The notes under the pieces were generated by a model. The model worked only from the letters and a program-made list of their open reading frames with translations, made no database searches and was not told where the DNA came from. Shown one piece after another: positions 27,989 through 35,193 of a DNA stretch of 36,596 bases. Made by a program: the position numbers and the translations under genes. Source of the stretch: Myxococcales bacterium (lineage in GTDB: Bacteria; Myxococcota_A; Polyangia; Polyangiales; Houyiibacteriaceae); the NCBI GenBank assembly GCA_009992505.1, contig JAACVI010000227.1, positions 1 to 36,596 of the forward strand. The letters run 5' to 3'. Every line of letters starts with the position of its first letter. Position 1 is the first letter of the stretch.

Positions 27989-28072
27989 GCGCTGATCGCA
28001 GCCGCCGACAGTGCCCTCTACGCCGCGAAGGCCGCGGGCCGAAACTGCGTTCGAAGCGCCGACACGAAGTAG
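27989..28072 (+). pseudogene. Orphan 3' remnant of a GGDEF (diguanylate cyclase) gene
   Basis: The frame reads ALIAAADSALYAAKAAGRNCVRSADTK*, the characteristic GGDEF-domain end (L...AD.ALY.AK..GRN.V). I saw no GGDEF core in any + frame upstream. Confidence 0.45.
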
Positions 28073-28111
28073 CGTCGTGGCGGAGTCATGGCGCCAACCC
28101 GCACTCGCGGC

Positions 28112-29530
28112 TCAGGGCAGCCGGTAGATGCGCCACGCGCGATCCGTGGGCGCGCTCGTCTCGTCGGCTTCGAGCCGTCGCGCCAGGCTGGAGTCGCGTT
28201 GGAGCAAGAGCTGCGTCGTGCCCGCGGCGCGCAAGGCCGAGAGCGCGTCGTCTCCCGTGACTCGCCCGTCTTCGAGATCGAAGGCGAGGGTGGCCACGTC
28301 CGCGGGGTAGCAGTCGTTGCGCGAGTCGTAGAAGACGCGCACGCCGCGCTCCGAACTCAGCCACTCGGCGCGTCCACCCAGGGCGAAGGGCGTGTAGAGG
28401 TGGGCGTCACGCGGCAGCTGCGCGAGCAGGGCGGGCAGCTCCGCGCCGCCCAGGGAGTCGTCCACGCGTGCGCCGCCGACGAGCGCCGCCATCGAGAGCA
28501 GAGCCGCTGGCACGAGCAGCAAGGCGCGCACGCGTGTCGACGTCAGGTCAGCAGCGGGTCGCCAGGTCGCGGCCTCGGCAGCCGCCGGCACGAGCAACAT
28601 GGCGCCGACCAGGCCAGCCAGGTCTGCGTGACGTGCGTGCAGCAGGGCCATCGCGAGCGTGGCGGCGAAGAGGACGACGCGGGCCAGAGCCCGTCGCTTC
28701 ATCAGCAGCCCGAGCGCGAGCAGAGTCAGCAGCGCGAGTCCCGCGAAGGCCGTCGGAGCGACGAAGCGTGCGCCTGCGCCGAGCAGCGGCTGGAACTCCA
28801 ACAGGCGCGCCCGCGCCACGTCGGCACCGCCCGCGCCGACGCCGACGTAGTTGAAGACGAGCTCGTAGAGCGCGGCCCCATGGGGTTGGAGGATCATGGT
28901 CGCGGCCGCACCCGCGCTCGCGCCCAGACGTGCGCGTCGATCCTCGCGCGCATCCCAGGCGCCAACGAGCAGGAACAAGGGACCGAGGGGGAAGCTGCCG
29001 TGGACGTTCACCCAGACGAGCTCGAGGCCGAGCGCGAGGGCGAACTGCTTAGGGCCGAAGCGCGGCGAGAAGGCCAGGCCGAGCATGGCTGCTGCCGGCA
29101 GGAGCGCGAGCACCATGGGCCTGGCGCTGATCAAGTGAACGCCGAAGAGTGGCAGAAAGAGCGCCGCGGCCAGCACCTTGCCCTGCGCCTCACCCGGGGT
29201 CGCGAAGAGCAAGAGCGCCGCCATGGCGAGCACGGTCAGCGCGGCCAAGAGCGCGAAGAAGGTCGGCCCGAGATGCCCGAGGCCCAGCGCGTAGACCGGC
29301 CCGAGCAGCCACTCGTGCATCACCCAGGGCGCGTGGGGCGCGGTGAAGGAGAAGAAATTCTCGCGCGGCAGCGAGCCATGGTGAAGCAGCTGGCGCCCGG
29401 CCGCAGCGATCCAGAACACGTCGGGATCGTCGATGCCTCGTCGCGACGCCGTGAGCGCCGACATCATGCTCGCGGCTCCGACCAGGATCAGGAGCGCCAG
29501 CGCCGCGTAGCGTGAGGCCCGCCGGTTCAA
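28112..29530 (-). CDS. Polytopic integral membrane protein (function unknown, possibly GT-C-like)
   Basis: 472 aa with a TTG start. Many hydrophobic helices, then a soluble tail of about 90 aa. It starts 19 nt after the desaturase stop, on the same strand. Confidence 0.65.
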   Translation of the reverse strand: MNRRASRYAALALLILVGAASMMSALTASRRGIDDPDVFWIAAAGRQLLHHGSLPRENFFSFTAPHAPWVMHEWLLGPVYALGLGHLGPTFFALLAALTVLAMAALLLFATPGEAQGKVLAAALFLPLFGVHLISARPMVLALLPAAAMLGLAFSPRFGPKQFALALGLELVWVNVHGSFPLGPLFLLVGAWDAREDRRARLGASAGAAATMILQPHGAALYELVFNYVGVGAGGADVARARLLEFQPLLGAGARFVAPTAFAGLALLTLLALGLLMKRRALARVVLFAATLAMALLHARHADLAGLVGAMLLVPAAAEAATWRPAADLTSTRVRALLLVPAALLSMAALVGGARVDDSLGGAELPALLAQLPRDAHLYTPFALGGRAEWLSSERGVRVFYDSRNDCYPADVATLAFDLEDGRVTGDDALSALRAAGTTQLLLQRDSSLARRLEADETSAPTDRAWRIYRLP

Positions 29531-29549
29531 GCGTGCGCCAGCGGCCTCG

Positions 29550-30560
29550 TCACGCCGGCTGGCCTTCCGGCGCGCTGGCGGTCTCGGGGTATCCGACCAT
29601 GCGCCCCGTGTCCGGATCCCAGAGCTTCAACTTGAAGCAGCGCGCGATCTCCGCCGGAGTCAGGTTGGTCACGCCCGGATGTTGCAGCTCGGGGATGGCC
29701 TTCATCGCCTCCTCCAGCCGGTAGAAGGGGATCGCCGCGTTGAGGTGGTGCACGTGGTGAAAGCCGATGGAGCCCGTGAACCACTCCAGCACCGGGTTCA
29801 CGTCCATGAAGCTCGACGACTCGAGCGCAGCGCGCGTGTAGCTCCACTGCGTGCGCGGTTGGATCGTCATGCCCTCGAAGTTGTGCTGCGCGTAGAAGAG
29901 ATACGCGCCTCCGACGAAGGCGATGTTCAGCGGCAGCAGGTAGGCGAAGAAGAGCGTCGTGAGCCCGGCGAAGTGGCCGATGGCGGCGACCAGCGCGAAG
30001 TGCATCAGCACCGCCACGAGGGAATCCCAGTGCTTGCTCGGGCTACGCTTGAAGGACGACAGGCACATACCCCAGAGGAAGACGGTGAGCCACGCCATCA
30101 GGATCGTCAGCGGATGGCGCGCGGCGCGATACATGAAGCGCTGACGCGGTGTGAGCGCGCGGTAGATGGCCACGGTGAAGGTGGGGTAGCTGCCGATGTG
30201 CGAGCCGACCATCTGCGCCGTGTGCGCGTGGTGGTAGTTGTGCGTCTGGCGCCAGACGCGACTCGGCGTGAGCACCAACAGGCCATAGAAGGCGTAGACG
30301 CCGCGCCAGAAGAGAGACTTCTTGAAGATGGCGCCGTGCATCACGTCATGGAAGAGGATGAAGCCGCGCACGGCAGTGAGCCCCGCCAGAAGCGAGAAGG
30401 GCAGTTGCTGCCACCACGCGGGGGCGAGGGCCGCGCCCGCGACGAAGAGCGCCAGCAGCGTGAAGGTGGAGAGCGTATGCCAGACGCTCAACCAGCGATT
30501 CTCGTCCGTGAAGGGGCGGCTCGCGTCGATCAGTTCGCGACCCTCTCGTGCTTCGTCCAT
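29550..30560 (-). CDS. Membrane fatty-acid desaturase (three His-box type)
   Basis: The ATG at 30560 is preceded by GGAGGA. His boxes HDVMH, HNYHH and HHVHH are in the expected order, with TM helices between them. The 41 codons upstream in the track ORF are probably not translated. Confidence 0.85.
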   Translation of the reverse strand: MDEAREGRELIDASRPFTDENRWLSVWHTLSTFTLLALFVAGAALAPAWWQQLPFSLLAGLTAVRGFILFHDVMHGAIFKKSLFWRGVYAFYGLLVLTPSRVWRQTHNYHHAHTAQMVGSHIGSYPTFTVAIYRALTPRQRFMYRAARHPLTILMAWLTVFLWGMCLSSFKRSPSKHWDSLVAVLMHFALVAAIGHFAGLTTLFFAYLLPLNIAFVGGAYLFYAQHNFEGMTIQPRTQWSYTRAALESSSFMDVNPVLEWFTGSIGFHHVHHLNAAIPFYRLEEAMKAIPELQHPGVTNLTPAEIARCFKLKLWDPDTGRMVGYPETASAPEGQPA

Positions 30561-30737
30561 GACATCCTCCGACGTCCGCGTCGCCGTTGGCCGAGGGCTT
30601 AGCACGCGAAGGGTCGGGCGCGCACGCGGCGAAGGGGCTGTTCTTCCGGCCTCTTGGCCGGATTCATCGTATCGCGTCGGCATCCCCGGTGGGGGCGACG
30701 CGCGAGCCTCATTGCCCGCGCGCCAGCCACCGACCGG

Positions 30738-32147
30738 TCAGTAGCCGAGGACGTCCATGGAGGCTTCGTGCGCCTCGCGGAGTCGGCGCTCCATGCTTGG
30801 CGCCGTCGCGGGCGCCATCGGCCTCGGCGCATCGGAGCGGGCTCCGTCGTCGGACGAAGGCGGTGCGCTCCCGGGCTCGGCCTCGGCGGCATCCAGCTCC
30901 GCGGCGAAGGCGGCCACGCTCGCGGCGTAGGCGTGATTGGCGGCGCCGCCGTTCTTGCTCATGCGCCGCTGCGTCTCCTCGAGCATGCGGCGCGCTTCGG
31001 CCATGTTGCCCTGGCGCACCACGCGAATCGCCTGAATCGTCGCCTCGGCGGCGGTCGCTTGCTCCGCGGCGTGCATCACCTCGTCGTTGCGTCCGGCCGT
31101 CAGCTGCTCGTCGCTCGTGGTGGCGTCCGCGCCCAGGAAGACGTCGCGCCTCAGCGCGCCCGCCTCGTCCACGGCGTCGATGAAGTTCAGGCGCGCGTCC
31201 AACAGCTCCACGACCGAGCCCTCGCGCCGAGCCGGCACGCGCATGCGCACGATGATGTCGCGCGTCTCGCCCTCCGAGATGTCCCCGAGGGCGATGGAAA
31301 GGGACGTGCGCTCGCCCGCCATCTGCTGTCCGACGACGCTCGAGATGATCACGCCGGGACCCGGCTGCAGCGTCATCGCGGCGTTCCGCGCGACCACGCG
31401 CTCGAGTCGAACCACCTCGTCGTGGAACACGCTCGCCACAGTGTCGGAGTTCTCGAGGTAGTGGAAGTGTCCGCCCGAGAGCTGCGCCAGCTCACCCATC
31501 AAGGTCTCGTCGTAGTCGAGGCCGAGCCCCAACGCGCTGATGGCCACGCCGTTGCTCCCGGCGGATCGGGCCAGGTTCGGGATCGTGCTCGCGTCGTTGG
31601 GGATGCCATCGCCGAGCAAGACCACACGGTTGATGCTCTCGCCTGCGCGATTCAAGAGCACCTGCTGCAGACCCGCGGTGACGCCACCGGCCATGTCCGT
31701 CGTGCCGTGCGCTTCGATGTGGCCGATGGCGTCGCGGGCGCGTCCCCGCGCCTCGGGGTCCAGCAAGGTCGACTCCAGCAAGACCTCGGTCTCGGAGTGG
31801 AAGGCGACGATGCTCAAGCGATCGTCGTCGGCCAAGAGCCCGAGCAGCTCGAGCGTCGCGGCCTTGGCGTCCTCGATGGGCTGACCGCGCATGGAGCCGG
31901 AGGTGTCGATCACGACCGCCATGTTCAGCGGCGGTCGGCGCCGATTGGGCATGGGCCGCGTTCCGACGCGCAGCCGCGCCACCACCTCACTGGTCTCGCC
32001 AGCGACCACGAACTGATTGCCGAGGTCCGCGCTCAGGAGCACGAGCTCCGGATCGGCGGGCGTCTCGGGGACCGTATGCCCTGCGCAGGCCGCGAGCGGC
32101 AGCGCGAGCAGGAGTCCGATCATCCATCCTAGTTTCGTTCCAGTCAT
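30738..32147 (-). CDS. von Willebrand factor A domain lipoprotein (YfbK-like architecture)
   Basis: The ATG at 32147 is preceded by GGAGAG. The signal peptide MTGTKLGWMIGLLLALPLAAC carries a lipobox. MIDAS motif VVIDTSGSM plus GTTDM. Helical C-terminal region. Confidence 0.82.
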   Translation of the reverse strand: MTGTKLGWMIGLLLALPLAACAGHTVPETPADPELVLLSADLGNQFVVAGETSEVVARLRVGTRPMPNRRRPPLNMAVVIDTSGSMRGQPIEDAKAATLELLGLLADDDRLSIVAFHSETEVLLESTLLDPEARGRARDAIGHIEAHGTTDMAGGVTAGLQQVLLNRAGESINRVVLLGDGIPNDASTIPNLARSAGSNGVAISALGLGLDYDETLMGELAQLSGGHFHYLENSDTVASVFHDEVVRLERVVARNAAMTLQPGPGVIISSVVGQQMAGERTSLSIALGDISEGETRDIIVRMRVPARREGSVVELLDARLNFIDAVDEAGALRRDVFLGADATTSDEQLTAGRNDEVMHAAEQATAAEATIQAIRVVRQGNMAEARRMLEETQRRMSKNGGAANHAYAASVAAFAAELDAAEAEPGSAPPSSDDGARSDAPRPMAPATAPSMERRLREAHEASMDVLGY

Positions 32148-32391
32148 TGCATCTCTCCGGGGTTGTCCTGGCCATGAACGACGCCCCATCGAGTGCTTCG
32201 GTCTAGGAAAAATTCACTTTGAATTGCCGTGTAAGCACGCTGTTCTTGGCGCGTTTCCCCTACGGCAGGCGGCCTGCGATCGTGGCCGATCTCATGCTGC
32301 GCGGAACAGGAAGTGCAGCGGGATCAGCCGCTTCGGCGCCGGGTCGTCGCGGGTCATCTGAGCTACGTCCTGCGCTGATGAGCTCGCTCCG

Positions 32392-32847
32392 CTACTCCCG
32401 AAGCTGCGAGGCGTAGAACTTCGCGAAGGCTTCGGCGCTGGCGCTTCCGTCCGCCAAGGGCAACCCCGACCAACCGCGATCGCCGGGCTGTTTGTAGTAG
32501 ATCCCGCGCGAGAACCAGCCGGTCTTCACGCGCAACGCCGCGAGCCTCGCGAGCTCGACGACACGCGAACCCGGTACGGCGGCGGCCAGCTCCCGCGCCG
32601 TCTGCTCGGCCTGCGCGGCGGTCACCCCAGGATCCGCGAGCATCGATTGGATCGCCGCGAGGGGCGTGGCGCCGTTCAAAGCATAGGTCGTGCGCGTGTG
32701 GCTGAAGCCGGCGCCTGCGAGGGCCTTGGAGGAGATGGACAGGAGGCAGCCGGGGAAGCCGAGCACGAAGCCATAGGTCACTCCTGCCTCTCCCATGTAG
32801 GTCGTCTTGGTGCACAAGACGTAGTCCACACCTGGATTCAAGCTCAT
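32392..32847 (-). CDS. Hypothetical protein (no recognisable motif)
   Basis: The C-terminal ~150 aa of the 313-aa track ORF have a balanced composition (MSLNPGVDYVLCTKTTYMGEAG...). Upstream of about 32930 the frame becomes Arg-rich and overlaps the divergent + gene. The start is uncertain: ATG 32847 or TTG 32925. Confidence 0.45.
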   Translation of the reverse strand: MSLNPGVDYVLCTKTTYMGEAGVTYGFVLGFPGCLLSISSKALAGAGFSHTRTTYALNGATPLAAIQSMLADPGVTAAQAEQTARELAAAVPGSRVVELARLAALRVKTGWFSRGIYYKQPGDRGWSGLPLADGSASAEAFAKFYASQLRE

Positions 32848-32973
32848 GGGTGTATGTTCCGCATGGTCGGCGACGTTGACAAGACCGAAGATGGCGTCGC
32901 CCTGTCGCTCGCTTGAATAGACCAAGCGCGCGGTCGTCCGTGGAGACGCGGGTCCGTAGCCCGCGTCCTTTGC

Positions 32974-34008
32974 TTGATTCGAGGGTTCGTGCTGCACACG
33001 AGGATCGTGGTGATCGCGGTCAGCATGTTCGCATGGTCGGCTCCCGGCCTCGCCGCTGCGCGAGACTCCGACACGCCGGCGGAGCAGGTTCGAGACGCGC
33101 TCGACGCGCAGGACGCGACGTTGGTCCTCGAGCGTCTGCGGGAGAGCCCGGGCGCGGACGCCGGTCTGGCTTGCGTCGAGGTGCTGATGCACGAGCAGGT
33201 ACTGGGCGATCTCTGGCGACCTCCGCCCGCGCGAGACGACGCGACGCCCGAGGTTGCGGCCGAGGACCGAGCACGACGCGATGCGGGCCTGGCCGATCTG
33301 GGTGCCGAGGTGACGGATCTCCGCGCGGCCCACGCTCGATGCGCGGCGCAGACGGTGCGCGCACGACCCAACGCGTCCGAGCGGGCAGCCTTCGCCGCGA
33401 GGAGCGCGACGCTCGACGAGTTCTTGGCGCTCCCCGAGGTGGACGACGACGCGCTCGCGACGCTCGACGCGCCGAGCGAGCTACGCATCGACTTCCACAC
33501 CGCGCGCGAACTCTACGACGCCTGCGAAAGCGTGCCGCCCGCGCCGCCCGAACGCGCGCCGCTCCCTGGCTGGCGCTCCACGCCCGTCATCACCAGCGGT
33601 CTGCTGACGTTCATGCCCCTGTTGGGCTTCTTGATCGTGGCGCGAACGCAGCACTCGCTCGACGGCGGCTTCGGCGCGCTGGGCGCGGGCATCTCGGGCC
33701 TGGTCGGTCTGACCGTCGGTCGCAGCTGGCTACGCGGAGGCTCGACCTTGGTCTGGGTCGGCGGGCTGCTGACCGCCGGCGTGCTGGGCACCGGTGCGCT
33801 GACCTTGGCGCTCCACGCGCCGCGCCGCACCCACGTGTTCGGCGTCAGCATGCTGGCCGGCGGGGCCATCGACCTGGCCTGGTGGATCGGGGGCGTGGTG
33901 CTTGGGCGGCGAGACGCGGCGGCGCACGAGGAGTGGCGGCGTCAGCTTCGTCCGACGGTCGACGTCGGCTCGGCGCACGCGACCGTCGGCCTACGAGGGA
34001 GCTTCTGA
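32974..34008 (+). CDS. Hypothetical signal-peptide / multi-TM protein, paralog 1
   Basis: 344 aa. N-terminus ...IVVIAVSMFAWSAPGLAAA, a helical domain of about 190 aa with conserved Cys, about four TM helices, and the tail EEWRRQL...VDVGSAHATVGLRGSF. The start is uncertain (TTG 32974 or GTG 32989). Confidence 0.65.
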   Translation: MIRGFVLHTRIVVIAVSMFAWSAPGLAAARDSDTPAEQVRDALDAQDATLVLERLRESPGADAGLACVEVLMHEQVLGDLWRPPPARDDATPEVAAEDRARRDAGLADLGAEVTDLRAAHARCAAQTVRARPNASERAAFAARSATLDEFLALPEVDDDALATLDAPSELRIDFHTARELYDACESVPPAPPERAPLPGWRSTPVITSGLLTFMPLLGFLIVARTQHSLDGGFGALGAGISGLVGLTVGRSWLRGGSTLVWVGGLLTAGVLGTGALTLALHAPRRTHVFGVSMLAGGAIDLAWWIGGVVLGRRDAAAHEEWRRQLRPTVDVGSAHATVGLRGSF

Positions 34009-35138
34009 TGCGCGCTCGCCTCTCCGTCTTCGCAGGCCTGGTGGTCGTGTTCGGCCTTCTGCCCACGTCGGTCTTGGCGCAGGCGCGGGACGTCGTCGCA
34101 CAGCGTCGCTTGGTGGGGGCGCTGAGGAGCGAGAACAGTGAACTGAGCCTGATGGAGATCGAGGCTCTGCGACAGTCCGGCGCGCGCCGTTTGGAGGCCG
34201 AGCGTCTGATGCCCATTCTGCGTTGCGTCGAGGCGGAGCTGCGCGAAGAGGCCTTGGCCCACGTGGTCGCGGACGTGGGTGCGCTCGAAGACGACGCCCA
34301 GGCCAACGCGCTGCGCGGCCCGGCCGAAGGGCTGAGTCACGCGGTGATCGACGCGAGCGACGCCTACCGTCGCTGCCTTGAACAGGGAGCCACCTCGCTG
34401 TCTGCGATCCGTCAGAGCCGACCGAGTTACCGCGCGAGACTCGCGACGCTCGAGGCGCTCCAGCCGCGCACGTCGGCCCTCGCGCAGAGCCTGCACCAGT
34501 CGGGGGATCGTCTGAACCAGCCGCGTCAGGGCGGCGCGCTCACCGGTGAATTGCTCTCGAGCTTGCGCGCCCTCGCCCAGGCGGCGGCGGTCGATGGACC
34601 GCACGGCTTCGAGGTCGCGCGCGCCTACGTGTCGGCCCTGCGCTTGCCCGCGCAGCCGGTCTACTGGCGAGCACGCACCAGCGCGCCCACCTTGCTGACG
34701 TTGGGGCTCGCCGAGGGTGTGCTCGTCGTCAGCCTGCTCGGCTCGATCACCATCCTCGGGCCCGAAGGCCCGCCCGTGCCGCTCCTCGTCAGCACCGGCT
34801 ACGGCCTCTTCCTCTCGAGCGCCGTCGCCTCTCTGGCGGGCTACACCTGGGAGCAGCCGTCCTTGCCCCTGTTTCTCACGGCGACCGCGTTGACCCTGGG
34901 CACGGGAGCGCTCGGCATCTACGCGCGCGTTCGCGGCGACCGCCGTCGACGCTATCTGGGTCGCGGGCTGATGGTCGGAACTGGCCTCGGCCTCTTCTGG
35001 CTCGTCGGCGGCCTGGTGCATGTCACGCACGACCAACGCGTCGAGCGCAGGTGGCGTCGCTACCTCGAGCTGCCCGTGCAGTTCGCGCCCATGGTCGACG
35101 CGAGCACGGCCGGGCTCGTGGCCACGGGGCGCTTCTGA
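34008..35138 (+). CDS. Hypothetical signal-peptide / multi-TM protein, paralog 2
   Basis: The ATG at 34008 overlaps the stop of paralog 1 (TGATG). 376 aa: MRARLSVFAGLVVVFGLLPTSVLAQA signal, helical domain, TM helices, tail RRWRRYL...VDASTAGLVATGRF. The first 365 codons of the 741-aa track ORF are an Arg-rich shadow. Confidence 0.7.
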   Translation: MRARLSVFAGLVVVFGLLPTSVLAQARDVVAQRRLVGALRSENSELSLMEIEALRQSGARRLEAERLMPILRCVEAELREEALAHVVADVGALEDDAQANALRGPAEGLSHAVIDASDAYRRCLEQGATSLSAIRQSRPSYRARLATLEALQPRTSALAQSLHQSGDRLNQPRQGGALTGELLSSLRALAQAAAVDGPHGFEVARAYVSALRLPAQPVYWRARTSAPTLLTLGLAEGVLVVSLLGSITILGPEGPPVPLLVSTGYGLFLSSAVASLAGYTWEQPSLPLFLTATALTLGTGALGIYARVRGDRRRRYLGRGLMVGTGLGLFWLVGGLVHVTHDQRVERRWRRYLELPVQFAPMVDASTAGLVATGRF

Positions 35139-35193
35139 GTTCCCCGCGCGACCGCTGACCGCAACTCCGGGTGCGGCGCGTCGATAAGGGCGA

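Noticed and set aside
28088-32132. Large plus-strand ORFs 28088-29515 (475 aa), 29679-30602 (307 aa) and 30654-32132 (492 aa).
   Set aside because: They are antisense to the polytopic membrane protein, the His-box desaturase and the VWA lipoprotein respectively. Their translations are Arg/Glu/Gly/His-rich without motifs.
32913-34007. The N-terminal 365 codons of the 741-aa ORF, and the 5' part (about 32930-33333) of the 313-aa minus ORF.
   Set aside because: Both are Arg-rich and overlap the 344-aa frame, which has a signal peptide, TM helices and clear paralogy to the downstream protein.
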